NCBI GenBank assembly: GCA_041740515.1
Contig: JBGSLV010000027.1
Location: 6,144-70,143, forward strand
Length of the DNA: 64,000 nt
DNA from: Bdellovibrionales bacterium
GTDB taxonomy: Bacteria > Bdellovibrionota > Bdellovibrionia > Bdellovibrionales > UBA1609
Reading direction: 5' to 3'
The notes beneath the pieces were generated by a model that saw only the letters and a list, made by a program, of their open reading frames with translations, had not been told where the DNA came from and searched no databases. The translations under genes were made by a program, and so were the position numbers. Shown here piece by piece: positions 47,211 to 57,582 of this stretch; position 1 is the stretch's first letter; each line of letters begins with the position of its first letter.

Positions 47211-48698
47211 TTAATTTAGAACAGGGTTAACTTTGATTTTAATCTTCTCTTTTTGAGCCTCAAACCAAGCCCCAAGAGCGTAGTTCTGACGACTTCCCAC
47301 TAATGACTCATACTGTGGATTGGGCTCGGCTTTAAGATCAAAGTTTCGTCTTTTGATCAGATAACTTTTGCCTTCACTGGACACAACTCCAGCGTACACT
47401 TCACCGTCAGATTTTAAGGTCAATAGGCGTTCAAAAACTTGATCAGCTTGACCTAAACCAGGTATTGATTCCGCGCTCAGTTTAAAATCTGGTGCGGTCA
47501 CCCATTTAATACCTTTTGCTGCTAAAATTATATCCAGTTCTTTAGGTTTATCTAATAAAGTTTGATTGAGTTCAGATAAAATCTGTTTAGCTTTATCTTG
47601 AAGTAATAAGTTTTTAGCCACTTGCATTTTTACATTTTCAAAAGTTTTTGCCGAAGCTATTTTTTTATCTTCAACTAAAAGCCGTGCCCAACCTTGTTCA
47701 ACTTTAAACACATCTGAAACCTTGCCTACTTCCAAACTAAACGCAACTTTATCCCACTCAGGATCAAATGTACCTCGTTCCACATAACCTAAATCCCCTC
47801 CTTGAGGAGCTGTTGGATCTTCAGAGATCTTCTGTGCCACTTCCGAAAAGTTCTTGGCATTTAAATCTTTAGTGGCTTCTTCGATTTTAGTTTTAGCCGT
47901 ATCGTAAGCATCCGCACTTGAACCATTAGCTAACACCAAAATCCACTTAGCTTTAACTTGATCGTTGACTTGGTATTTAAAAGACTCACTGTCGTATAAT
48001 GCTTTCGCACGCTTAAGGAAATCCTTATCTTGCAGAGAAGTATTTAGGTCTTGCTCCGTAATATTGATCTGAGGGGTTAAAGTGGCTTCTGAAACATCGG
48101 CGTAATCCATCTTTATGGTGAAATCAGCAAGCTCTGAATAAATTTTCTTTTCTGCAGATGTAGCCATGAACGACTGACTGAAAAGATCTCTTATGATTCC
48201 TAGTCGAAGATCTTTTTTAATTCTGTCTTCTAGGGCTCCGGCACTTAAGCCAGAATTAGCCAGATAGTTCTCATAAAGATCTCGTTGGAAGCGCTCTTTT
48301 TCTTGAAAGGCTGGAATGTCCATAATGGTCTGGGCCAAAAGCGCATCAGAGACATAAAGTCCTTCAGCACTTTGCACTTCCGTTAAGATCTCTGCATTGA
48401 TCAATTCATTTAATGCTTGGGATTGAAAAAACTTTTGAAACTGCTCAGAACCATTAGGTAAAAAACTTCGACTCTGTTCTTCAAGTATGCGAACCCGCTG
48501 TTGCAATTGCAGGATGGGTATGACTCGACCACCAACTGTTGCCGCGGTGGCACTGCCTGATAAAGTTCCACCCCCACCCGGAGACATAAATATAAAACTT
48601 GTAATGATCATTCCAAAAATCAAAGCTGTCAGAATAAAGGTGAAAATGCTTTTGTTACTTTCTGGGCGTCTTAGTCTTTGAAAAAAATTTGGCTTCAT
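47211..48698 (-). CDS. ppiD: periplasmic chaperone / peptidyl-prolyl isomerase, PpiD/SurA-like, N-terminal TM anchor
   Basis: N-terminal TM helix, long SurA-N-like helical region, parvulin segment ...SEDPTAPQGGDLGYVERGTFDPEWDKVAFSLEVGKVSDVFKVEQGW. Confidence 0.7.
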   Translation of the reverse strand: MKPNFFQRLRRPESNKSIFTFILTALIFGMIITSFIFMSPGGGGTLSGSATAATVGGRVIPILQLQQRVRILEEQSRSFLPNGSEQFQKFFQSQALNELINAEILTEVQSAEGLYVSDALLAQTIMDIPAFQEKERFQRDLYENYLANSGLSAGALEDRIKKDLRLGIIRDLFSQSFMATSAEKKIYSELADFTIKMDYADVSEATLTPQINITEQDLNTSLQDKDFLKRAKALYDSESFKYQVNDQVKAKWILVLANGSSADAYDTAKTKIEEATKDLNAKNFSEVAQKISEDPTAPQGGDLGYVERGTFDPEWDKVAFSLEVGKVSDVFKVEQGWARLLVEDKKIASAKTFENVKMQVAKNLLLQDKAKQILSELNQTLLDKPKELDIILAAKGIKWVTAPDFKLSAESIPGLGQADQVFERLLTLKSDGEVYAGVVSSEGKSYLIKRRNFDLKAEPNPQYESLVGSRQNYALGAWFEAQKEKIKIKVNPVLN

Positions 48699-48783
48699 AA
48701 TTTAGTCCTTATTCAGATTTACGGCGTGATCTAAAAATAATGCCTTAGTTTTTGATTTTAATAAACATTTCACATTATAATAT

Positions 48784-49638
48784 TTGAATAATTGGAACTC
48801 TGCAGGGAAGATAACAACAGTGTATACTAATTTTGACATCCGAAGATTTTTTGGCTTTATCTTAATCGTGGTTATTCCACTTATGACCTATAATTTAGAA
48901 GAGAACCGCTGGCGCGTAGCTCATCGTCCCTTCACTTCATCCGCGCATTTTTTGATCCAAACTTTTTTTGCCTTTACAGAAAGCACTATTGGAACAGTTC
49001 AAGAGTATACGGACCTATTGGGTCTAAAAAAACAGCATGAAGAATTTCGCAAACAACTGGCTCTGCAGAAAGCACGAATTGCAACTTTTGAATCCCTTAA
49101 GCTTGAAAATGAAAAATTACGAACTGCTTTAGGTCTGATTCAAGATAGTCCTTATAAATTAGAACTTGCTGAAGTTTTAAGTTTCGACGCTTTACCAGAT
49201 ATGCGATCCATCATCATCAATAAAGGGACGAACCATGGCGTCCAAAAAGATATGGGACTGCTCAGTGAATCTGGGAATGTAGTGGGCTATATAATTCAAA
49301 CTTTAAGTAAAACCAGTACAGCGCTACTGATTACCGACCGTTACGCGGTTGTTGACGCTATGACTCAAAGATCAAGATATCGGGGCTTATTAGAAGGCCG
49401 AAGTTCCTACACTTTACGCTTAGAAAATTTTCGAAGATCCGATGATGTTTTGAAAGGTGATATGATTGTCACAAGCCCCTTTGGGCGAATGTTTCCAAAA
49501 GGTTTGCCGATTGGGATCGTTGAAAGTGCAAAAAACGACGCTTTTAATATCAATAAAAAAATTGTTGTAAAACCTTTGCAAAGTTTAAATAAGTTAGAAC
49601 GGGTTTTAGTGATTAAAAACTTTAATAAGGACTCCTAA
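48784..49638 (+). CDS. mreC: rod shape-determining protein MreC
   Basis: TM anchor, coiled-coil LKLENEKLRTALGL, beta-domain ...GMFPKGLPIGIV.... Precedes mreD-mrdA-rodA. Confidence 0.85.
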   Translation: MNNWNSAGKITTVYTNFDIRRFFGFILIVVIPLMTYNLEENRWRVAHRPFTSSAHFLIQTFFAFTESTIGTVQEYTDLLGLKKQHEEFRKQLALQKARIATFESLKLENEKLRTALGLIQDSPYKLELAEVLSFDALPDMRSIIINKGTNHGVQKDMGLLSESGNVVGYIIQTLSKTSTALLITDRYAVVDAMTQRSRYRGLLEGRSSYTLRLENFRRSDDVLKGDMIVTSPFGRMFPKGLPIGIVESAKNDAFNINKKIVVKPLQSLNKLERVLVIKNFNKDS

Positions 49639-49643
49639 CCGAT

Positions 49644-50171
49644 ATGCAATCAAGAATTTTAACTGCTCTTATACATTTTTTCACTTACGGCTTTATCGTT
49701 TCCATATGTCTAGCAGCACAAGGAGTTTTGTGGCCCGCCTTTAATCTTCGTGAGCCTCAGCTTTGGCTACTCCCTTTAGCCTTTATAATTTTATATCATA
49801 GCTTTTGGTTTGGCTTATTTTTCGTCTATCTTACGGCCATTTTGATCACTGGTTTTTCCGTGATGCCTTTCGGATTATGTTTAGCCATTCTTATGATTTT
49901 ATTCATCATCATTCAATTTTTTAAGCAGCGCTTTTTTTGGCCCGAATTTTCATTTTATTTTTTAGTCTCGTTAAGCATTGGTTTTTTATTTCCGTTTTTA
50001 CATTTCATACTTTCAATATCTTCATCGAATACACCCACCATTATTTTTCCCGATTATATTGAGTGGATCTATCAACCTGTAATGATTGGTATGATGTCGA
50101 TCTTTTTATTTTTTATTTGTCGAAGAGTGGACAAAGCTTTGAAAGTTAATGAAGTGAGTTTAAATCGATGA
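49644..50171 (+). CDS. mreD: rod shape-determining protein MreD
   Basis: 175-aa polytopic membrane protein between mreC and mrdA. 4-nt overlap with mrdA. Confidence 0.7.
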   Translation: MQSRILTALIHFFTYGFIVSICLAAQGVLWPAFNLREPQLWLLPLAFIILYHSFWFGLFFVYLTAILITGFSVMPFGLCLAILMILFIIIQFFKQRFFWPEFSFYFLVSLSIGFLFPFLHFILSISSSNTPTIIFPDYIEWIYQPVMIGMMSIFLFFICRRVDKALKVNEVSLNR

Positions 50172-52135
50172 AATCCGATAATGTCATTTACGATTCTGAA
50201 ACTCAAATTTTTAATTTATCTACACGATTTTTTACCCTTTATGGATTTTTGCTGTTTTTCTTTATTATTCTTTGCATCCGACTTTGGCATTTACAGATCA
50301 TCCAAGGGGACGTTTTGAAAGTGATCTCGGTCAAAAACCGAGTCAAACAAAAAAAGATTTTATCGCCACGGGGCTATATTTTAGATCGAGAAGGTAGAGT
50401 CTTAGTCGACAATAGTCTTGTGTTGCAGCTCACTTTAAACCTTCAAGGTTTAGATCCCAAAGAGAAAGAGATTATCTCCAAGAAAGTGGGTGAAATTTTA
50501 ACTTTAACACCAAAACAGATCAACGATCGTATCACCAAAAGTATTGTACTCAATGGACGATATTTCCCGGCCGTTATTGCCGACAACTTAACTATTGATC
50601 AAGCTTATGCTCTGAAACTTCTACGTATTGAACACCCGTTGATCAACATTGAAGAGTTTATTTCAAGAATTTACCCTTATGGGGCTAGTGGCTCGCAACT
50701 TTATGGGTATGTCTCACAAATTTCGAAAAATCAGTTAGATAACACCGAAGTAAAAGAAAAGAATTTACTTCCTGGTGATATGATTGGCAAAAAGGGTGTC
50801 GAAAAAAAATGGGATGAACAAATTCGCGGTAAAGATGGACTCACCTATGTGCAAGTGGATGCTCATGGACGAGTTGCGGATATTGATGATGTGATTCTAG
50901 AAGGTTCTAATCTAGAGCCCATTCGTCCTAAATCTGGCGACCATGTGATGTTAACAATTGATTTAGATATTCAAGAGGCCGCCCATAAAGCTTTTCAAAG
51001 AGATGATAAAATTGGCCCAAGAATTGGGGCTCTAGTGGCTTTAAACAATAAAGCTGAAGTTTTGGCGTGGGTCAGTGAACCCTCTTTTGATTCCAACCAA
51101 TTTGTTTATGGGATTTCCAATGAGGATTGGAAACAGCTGATTCAAAATCCCTTTAAACCTTTACGAAACAAAGTGATTCAGGACAATTTCTCGCCCGGAT
51201 CAACATTTAAACCCTTTGTAGGTGTGGCTGCTTTAGAAAAAGGTGTGATCAAACCGACGACCTATTTAGACTCCCCTGGGTATTTTGTCTTAGGTCGAAA
51301 ACGATATCATAATCATACCAAAAATGGTCATGGCATGGTCAATATTGCGTCAGCACTAGAGACATCAAGTAATGTGTTTTTTTATAAATTAGCGATGGAT
51401 TTGGGTATTGATGAAATGGCTAAATACGCAAGGGCTTTTGGTTTAGGTCAAGCCACTGATATTGGTATTGATGTTGAAAATCCTGGGTTAATTCCCGACT
51501 CACAGTGGAAATTAAAAAATCGAAATGAAGCTTGGCAAAAGGGCGAGGACTTAGTGCATTCTGTGGGCCAAGGATTTATTGATGTCACCCCACTGCAAAT
51601 GGCCTTGGCTTATTTGGCTATAGGTAATGAAGGACCTTTGTATCAACCTCTAGTCGTAAAAAAGATTTTAAAAGGCAGCGATCAAAGTAAAGTATTAAAA
51701 GAGTTTAAACCCCAATTGGTTCGAGACTTATCAAAAGTTAATGAAGAGGGCTTTAAAATCTCTGCAGAGACTTTTGCGGCCATTAAAAAGGGTCTGACCC
51801 AAGTGGGTAATGGAGATCGTGGAACTGCCAAATGGTGGAAGATTCCTGGGGTGCCTATAGCTGGCAAAACAGGAACCTCTCAAGTCCGAGCTTTTAGCAA
51901 TGATGAAATATATAAATCCTGCTACAGTCGACCGATCACAGATCGACATCATGGTTGGTTTGTAGGTTATGCTCCGGCAGATAAGCCCGAGATTTTTGTG
52001 GCTGTCTTAACTATGCACTCATGCGCTGGAAGCAGTGGTTCGGCTCCACTAGCTCGGGATGTGATGGAAGCCTATATGCGCAAATATCATCCTGAACTTT
52101 TTAAAACCTCTGGAGATAATGTCGTTGGTTTATAG
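50168..52135 (+). CDS. mrdA: penicillin-binding protein 2 (elongasome transpeptidase)
   Basis: Motifs SPGSTFKPF (SxxK), ETSSNVFF (SxN), AGKTGTSQ (KTG). Typical PBP2 size and operon context. Confidence 0.9.
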   Translation: MKSDNVIYDSETQIFNLSTRFFTLYGFLLFFFIILCIRLWHLQIIQGDVLKVISVKNRVKQKKILSPRGYILDREGRVLVDNSLVLQLTLNLQGLDPKEKEIISKKVGEILTLTPKQINDRITKSIVLNGRYFPAVIADNLTIDQAYALKLLRIEHPLINIEEFISRIYPYGASGSQLYGYVSQISKNQLDNTEVKEKNLLPGDMIGKKGVEKKWDEQIRGKDGLTYVQVDAHGRVADIDDVILEGSNLEPIRPKSGDHVMLTIDLDIQEAAHKAFQRDDKIGPRIGALVALNNKAEVLAWVSEPSFDSNQFVYGISNEDWKQLIQNPFKPLRNKVIQDNFSPGSTFKPFVGVAALEKGVIKPTTYLDSPGYFVLGRKRYHNHTKNGHGMVNIASALETSSNVFFYKLAMDLGIDEMAKYARAFGLGQATDIGIDVENPGLIPDSQWKLKNRNEAWQKGEDLVHSVGQGFIDVTPLQMALAYLAIGNEGPLYQPLVVKKILKGSDQSKVLKEFKPQLVRDLSKVNEEGFKISAETFAAIKKGLTQVGNGDRGTAKWWKIPGVPIAGKTGTSQVRAFSNDEIYKSCYSRPITDRHHGWFVGYAPADKPEIFVAVLTMHSCAGSSGSAPLARDVMEAYMRKYHPELFKTSGDNVVGL

Positions 52136-52196
52136 CCATTTATATTTTTAAGAACAATTTTAAGATAACTTTTTTTATTTAAGGTAAATTTAATTT

Positions 52197-53312
52197 ATGG
52201 ACTATTTAGGCCCTTCAGAAAACAAACGCTTTGATTTTAATTTTGCCTTAATCATTTTAGCTTTAAACCTAGTGGGTTTAATTAATCTTTACAGTGCGTC
52301 TGGAGGAGTCAATGCGGTTGGGATAAGTCGATTATTTTGGCAGCAATTTGTTTGGCTGGGTATGGGCTGGACGGTGTTTTTAGTTGTTACCTTTTTAAAC
52401 TATAATTTGATTAAAATGTGGGCCACCCAGATATATGTCGTAAATTTAATGTTTTTATTGGCCGTTATTTTTGTTGGTAAAAAATCCTTGGGAGCCCAAC
52501 GATGGGTTGACCTTGGGTTTTTTAGATTTCAACCTTCTGAGACTATGAAAGTGGCTTTAGTTTTAGTGATCGCAAAGATTTTAGCCCACCGCATCCGCCA
52601 AGAAGGCATGGGTATTAAGGATTTAATAACTCCACTGGTGATCACGATGATTCCTTTCGCCATCACTGTCATTCAACCAGATTTGGGAACCTCGTTGTTA
52701 TATCTAGCTGTGGTAGGTACAATTTTAATCTTCGTTAAAATCAAACGCTCCGTTATAATTGCGGTGTTAGTTACGATAGCTGTAGCTTTACCTGTTGTTT
52801 GGCAATTTGGACTAAAACCCTATCAAAAAAGCCGAGTTCTTACTTTTATATCCCCAGGGCGTGATCCGCGGGGTGCGGGTTATAATTCTATTCAGTCCAA
52901 AATTGCTGTGGGCAGTGGACAAATTTTTGGAAAAGGTTTTAAAAAAGGAACCCAGTCTCAGCTTGAATTTTTACCAGAACGTCACACCGATTTTATCTTT
53001 AGTGTCTTAAGTGAGGAGCACGGCTTTGTGGGAAGTATAACAACTTTGGCGTTGTTTGGCGTGCTTTTCATTCTAGGCCTTAGAATTGCACAAAACACCA
53101 AGGACCCCTACGCATGCATTGTTGTCGTTGGACTTATGGGAATTATCTTTTGGCACTTTTTCATCAATATCGGCATGGTCATGGGAATTTTACCCATTGT
53201 CGGTGTGCCCTTACCATTAATTTCCTATGGTGGCTCATCGCTTTTAACCACGATGGCTTCGCTAGGCTTAATCTCAAGCATATCATATAACCGAAGCTTG
53301 TTTCAGTCCTAA
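52197..53312 (+). CDS. rodA: peptidoglycan glycosyltransferase RodA (SEDS family)
   Basis: FQPSETMKV, LQPDLGT, ...SKIAVGSGQIFGKGF..GTQSQL.FLPE.HTDFIFS...EE.GF.G... are canonical FtsW/RodA motifs. Confidence 0.9.
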   Translation: MDYLGPSENKRFDFNFALIILALNLVGLINLYSASGGVNAVGISRLFWQQFVWLGMGWTVFLVVTFLNYNLIKMWATQIYVVNLMFLLAVIFVGKKSLGAQRWVDLGFFRFQPSETMKVALVLVIAKILAHRIRQEGMGIKDLITPLVITMIPFAITVIQPDLGTSLLYLAVVGTILIFVKIKRSVIIAVLVTIAVALPVVWQFGLKPYQKSRVLTFISPGRDPRGAGYNSIQSKIAVGSGQIFGKGFKKGTQSQLEFLPERHTDFIFSVLSEEHGFVGSITTLALFGVLFILGLRIAQNTKDPYACIVVVGLMGIIFWHFFINIGMVMGILPIVGVPLPLISYGGSSLLTTMASLGLISSISYNRSLFQS

Positions 53313-53415
53313 CTAAGCCACCTCGCTGGATTTTTTTTGGTGGCCTGTCTCACTCGAGCACATTTAAGCCGAAGCTTAAGCACGCCCAAGCTACCTGCTG
53401 GAACTTATCTTTAAA

Positions 53416-53760
53416 TTATAGATGAGCCGTGATCTTAGATTCGATCTCATCTTTAGGTAGATTGCCGATCATCTGATCTACGGGTTCACCATCTTTAAAA
53501 AGGACCATCATGGGAATAGATCGCACACCATACTTAGCAGCACTTTCACGATTTTCATCCACATTAATTTTCATGATTTTGACTTTGCCCGACATCTCTT
53601 GGGCCAATTCTTCAAGTTTTGGACCTAAAGCTCGACAAGGTCCACACCACTCGGCCCAAAAATCTACTAGTACAGTGCCTTTAGCATTTAAAACTTCAGT
53701 TTCAAAACTACTGTCGGTTACTTTTTCTGTTCCTGCCATTTTTTTATCTCCTGTTCCCAT
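53416..53760 (-). CDS. trxA: thioredoxin
   Basis: VLVDFWAEWCGPCR active site. 108-114 aa. The likely start is MAGTEK. Confidence 0.92.
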   Translation of the reverse strand: MGTGDKKMAGTEKVTDSSFETEVLNAKGTVLVDFWAEWCGPCRALGPKLEELAQEMSGKVKIMKINVDENRESAAKYGVRSIPMMVLFKDGEPVDQMIGNLPKDEIESKITAHL

Positions 53761-53912
53761 TTAAATTGAGTCTGTTTTTAAAATTGTAAAGACTAGTCTT
53801 GCGACAATTTAAATTTTTCATCTTTTATTGCGCCTCAGACGTATTATAATACGACTTCAGGCTGATACAGGCGAAAAATTTAAAATGTCCCAACGCTAGT
53901 ATAGTCCGATTC

Positions 53913-54872
53913 TTGATCTATTTTAAACTTAAAAAACTTATTTTACGGTGCTTTAATTTAAGACCCTTCATCAAGCCCAGTTGCAGCTATAAAATAATGA
54001 TACGACCACACGAGTTATTTGTGTTAGCCCTGGAAGAAAATTTTGGTTTAAAAAACCACGAAATGCATGCACTTTATGAATCTTTACATAACCCTCAATT
54101 TTGTGTCTTAAAATCCGGCCGTTCAAAGAATCAAATTTACCAAAAAGCCTATAATACATCATGGTTATTTAAAAGATTAGAAGAAGTAAGGTCAAAAATT
54201 AAATTTTGGCGCCAAACACATAAGTTGCAGATCATCACGCAGGATCATAGCCTTTATCCATCGTCATTTTTAAAGTTAAGTAATCCTCCTTATGGTTTTT
54301 TTGTTTATGGCTATTTCGATAAACTGCAAAGATGCCTTGGCATTGTAGGTCGAAGGGAAGCCAAAACCTATACATTAAACTGGATGCAAGAAAATTTGCC
54401 ATCTGTCATTAAAACCAAAGGCTTAACGATTGTAAGTGGTGGGGCTAGAGGTGTTGATGCTAAGGCCCATAATTTAGCCTTAATGAATGATTTAAAAACC
54501 GTTTATATAATTCCGTCTGGGCTTTTAAATATTTATCCAGAGCATTTACAAGTTCAAAGGCAGGAATTAGTTCAGGCCGGCGCTGTGTTTATAAGTACGT
54601 ATCATCCCGAAGGCAAAATGCAGAAACAAAACTTTGCCGATCGCAATTTGCTCATTGCCGCACTATCCGAAAAGATCATAATACTTGAAGCCGAACTTCG
54701 AAGCGGCACCTACAAAACGGCTAAATTCGCCTTAGATCTAGGGACTGCCATGGGTGTTGTGCCTTCATTTCCGGAAGATCAAAGTTATTCAGGTTCTTTG
54801 CAGCTCATTTATGATGGTGCACAGATGTTACGAGATCATAAAGATGTGCAAATATTTTTAGAAGATATTTAA
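53913..54872 (+). CDS. dprA: DNA-processing protein DprA (Smf)
   Basis: GIVGRREAKTYT...IVSGGARGVDAKAHNLAL...R......RN.LIAALS Rossmann-like DprA core. The true start is probably internal (MIRPHE). Confidence 0.8.
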   Translation: MIYFKLKKLILRCFNLRPFIKPSCSYKIMIRPHELFVLALEENFGLKNHEMHALYESLHNPQFCVLKSGRSKNQIYQKAYNTSWLFKRLEEVRSKIKFWRQTHKLQIITQDHSLYPSSFLKLSNPPYGFFVYGYFDKLQRCLGIVGRREAKTYTLNWMQENLPSVIKTKGLTIVSGGARGVDAKAHNLALMNDLKTVYIIPSGLLNIYPEHLQVQRQELVQAGAVFISTYHPEGKMQKQNFADRNLLIAALSEKIIILEAELRSGTYKTAKFALDLGTAMGVVPSFPEDQSYSGSLQLIYDGAQMLRDHKDVQIFLEDI

Positions 54873-54933
54873 GAGACATAACTCAATTTTGCTTATTAAA
54901 TATCAAAATGGTTTTTCCTAAAAATTTAAAAAA

Positions 54934-56040
54934 TTAACGCCATTTGAAGACGGTTGCAAAAGTATCGTTTTTAAATTTCATCCACAAGATGGCAATACTT
55001 AGAAATATAAGATTTGGCATATAAATAACTGCAATAAACTGAGTTGAACCCGCTAAGGATTCAAACATAAAATATAAAATCCAATAGGCCATTGCTAAAA
55101 AGATACAAACCCCTAAACTTTCAGCTTTTGAAACTCTTTGAAAAACATTAAAACCAAAAGCGATGCCTAATGCTAAAAAAACGAAACAGACTAAAGAAAG
55201 TTGTAATCTTTTATGAATTTCTAAGCGATATAAAAAATCTCCAGATAAATATTTAGGATCTTTTTTAATTCTAGTATTTGTCATTGCCCTTAAGGGCTGC
55301 TGCTTTCTTTGGATGGATTTGGCATCTGTTAAAAAATCATACTCTTGAAAATCAATCACCGCGTGATTGGTGTCTTTCGGATTATAATGAATTTGACCTT
55401 GCTGCATCCTAAGAAATGAACCTTTATCCTGTTCATTCAACATTTTTCCATATTTAGAAAAAACCACGGCGGACTGATTGTTTCTTTGATCTAGGACAAA
55501 AAAGTTTTTAAAATCTTTTGTTTTTTTATCGAAACTTTCTACATAGACAGTCATATCTGCAACGCTTAAAAACACACCCGGTTTTAAATTGGCCGCGAAA
55601 GTATCACTGGCAATCTGCGAGGAGATCATTTTACTAGTTTGAACACCTATGGGACCTAATTCAGTGACACAGAAATAACAAAAAACAATATTACCACAAC
55701 AAAGTAATAACGAAGGGATCAACAATTGCCTTTTTGAATATCCAAGGGAACACAATGCTACCAATTCCGAATCTTGACTCATTCGACCATACCCTAAAAG
55801 TATGGCGGCCAAAAAAGCCAAAGGGATTATTATAGGGAAAGTCGCAATCAAAATACTTTTTAATAATAAAAGTGTGGCTTGAAGATCGCTACCAGAGATT
55901 AATATAATATCAGTGAACCTAAACATTTGAACCATAAGTAAGGTCAAAAGCAGCACAAAAAAACTTAGCAAATACGGCTGAAGCAGCTCACCAAAAACAT
56001 ATAAAAAAAGTCGAGGTTTAAATCTAATAATGGATTTCAC
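54934..56040 (-). CDS. LptF/LptG-family LPS export permease (YjgP/YjgQ)
   Basis: 368 aa. 3 N-terminal TM helices, a periplasmic beta-jellyroll-like insert, then 3 C-terminal TM helices. N-terminus ...FGELLQPYLLSFFVLL.... Confidence 0.75.
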   Translation of the reverse strand: MKSIIRFKPRLFLYVFGELLQPYLLSFFVLLLTLLMVQMFRFTDIILISGSDLQATLLLLKSILIATFPIIIPLAFLAAILLGYGRMSQDSELVALCSLGYSKRQLLIPSLLLCCGNIVFCYFCVTELGPIGVQTSKMISSQIASDTFAANLKPGVFLSVADMTVYVESFDKKTKDFKNFFVLDQRNNQSAVVFSKYGKMLNEQDKGSFLRMQQGQIHYNPKDTNHAVIDFQEYDFLTDAKSIQRKQQPLRAMTNTRIKKDPKYLSGDFLYRLEIHKRLQLSLVCFVFLALGIAFGFNVFQRVSKAESLGVCIFLAMAYWILYFMFESLAGSTQFIAVIYMPNLIFLSIAILWMKFKNDTFATVFKWR

Positions 56041-57248
56041 TCTATTGTTGTATCACCAGGGGCCATAAAATCACGACTTGAAACAACAATACCTGTGGAA
56101 ACATCTGGTGTTGATGAGACAATTTTAATCACACCAATTTTGTTTACTATATCTAAGGACCCACGATAAGGATTTCTTACTTTGCGATTCTGTTTAATTT
56201 GTATCAATGATCCCGCGGTCACTCCTTGTTTTTCCCCTTGGGATACAAACACCGTTTGACCGACACCCAAAATATTAAAACCAAAAAGTTCACTGCCTCT
56301 TAAAATTTCGGCCTCAACGGGTTGGATATCATCCATGTTATAAGTTAAATCGTACTGAGGAATACGACCCGAAATCAAAAAAGCCCCTTTCTCAATCATA
56401 TCCAAACTTCTTGAAACACGAGCTGGCACTAAACCTGAAGTGGGACTTTCATCACCAATAATTTGCACTTCACCAATGTATTCATAAATTTTAATATCTT
56501 TAAGCACTCTCCCCTTCGGAGTTTTAACGTTTTTTCTTGGCCTAACCACGGTAAAGATTGTACCAACAGGTAAAGGTTCCGCTTTTTTAATAAATAGTTC
56601 ATCAAAGGCACCAGCCGCATCAAACTCCGCATTTAAAAAACCTTCGATCGTCCCATAAGTGCGAAGCTCGCCTTGATGTAAGAATGAACTTAAATTGAAC
56701 AGCATGACATTGCTATCCAGCTTAGAGAACTGCCGTTCCACCTGATCGCTATCTAATGATCCGTCTTTGTTTGAACCTAAGGATTGCCACTCGGGAAAAC
56801 TTTCAGGAATTTTGTCTAATAATGGTGGTTCTTTAGGCTCCGGCGGAATTTTGATTTCAGGGTCATCTAAAGCAAAGATTGAACTTGAAGACTTAAGCTG
56901 TTGATTATCACCTAAAAATATCTGTGGGCCTTGACCATCCGTGCTACCCATAAAAAAGCCAATTGAATTTCCAGGGTAAATTAAATGCGGGTTACCTATG
57001 TAACTGTTGACCGACCAAATCTTCGGCCAATAATTAGGTGTGCCAAAAAAGACTTCACTCAATTCTGACAGCGTGTCTTTTTTTCGAATCACATAATTTT
57101 CGGTTTTTTTATCAGCGGCAATAGCATTCCAATTCTCAACGGGCTTAGACCAATAGTCTTTATAAGCTTTATTAAATTGGTCTTGACCTTCAATGGCTAA
57201 AGCCTGAGTTGAGGCTAAGGTGAGGAAAATAACTGTGCAGAATCTCAT
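56037..57248 (-). CDS. secreted LysM-domain protein
   Basis: Signal peptide. YVIRKKDTLSELSEVFFGTPNYWPKIWSVNSYIGNPHLIYPGNSI is a LysM motif. 4-nt overlap with the lptF/G-like gene. Confidence 0.6.
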   Translation of the reverse strand: MRFCTVIFLTLASTQALAIEGQDQFNKAYKDYWSKPVENWNAIAADKKTENYVIRKKDTLSELSEVFFGTPNYWPKIWSVNSYIGNPHLIYPGNSIGFFMGSTDGQGPQIFLGDNQQLKSSSSIFALDDPEIKIPPEPKEPPLLDKIPESFPEWQSLGSNKDGSLDSDQVERQFSKLDSNVMLFNLSSFLHQGELRTYGTIEGFLNAEFDAAGAFDELFIKKAEPLPVGTIFTVVRPRKNVKTPKGRVLKDIKIYEYIGEVQIIGDESPTSGLVPARVSRSLDMIEKGAFLISGRIPQYDLTYNMDDIQPVEAEILRGSELFGFNILGVGQTVFVSQGEKQGVTAGSLIQIKQNRKVRNPYRGSLDIVNKIGVIKIVSSTPDVSTGIVVSSRDFMAPGDTTIE

Positions 57249-57582
57249 AAGATAATCTTATCCTGCAATCTTAATATTTGGCAAAACATCGACTAGACCA
57301 AGTTATCCACATTAAATGTGTGTTACTTAGCCCGAAAGCACGGAGTCTGGACCTTGGTAGCGGTTTTGAGCGAAATGCTTATATTATAAGTAGTTGTTAA
57401 GGCCATGGATTCATTCAACTATATTAAAAATTTTGAAGGAAAATGAAAACAAATTTAAGGATCTGTTAAAGGTTTTTAAACCACTAAAACACGTATGCCA
57501 TTGGCATTCACTACGGACAGATTTTATCCGAACAGCAACACCTAGGTTTTGAGGTTCTGCTCCTTTTTTGCTTTAATCTCTA

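Noticed and set aside
50168-52135. Genome-wide reassignment or readthrough of TAG, prompted by two in-frame TAGs
   Set aside because: TAG terminates well-conserved genes at their expected ends in this window: mrdA at 52135, doxX at 62155 and the IS256 transposase at 21205 (the last followed by a second TAG). TAG is therefore a normal stop here.
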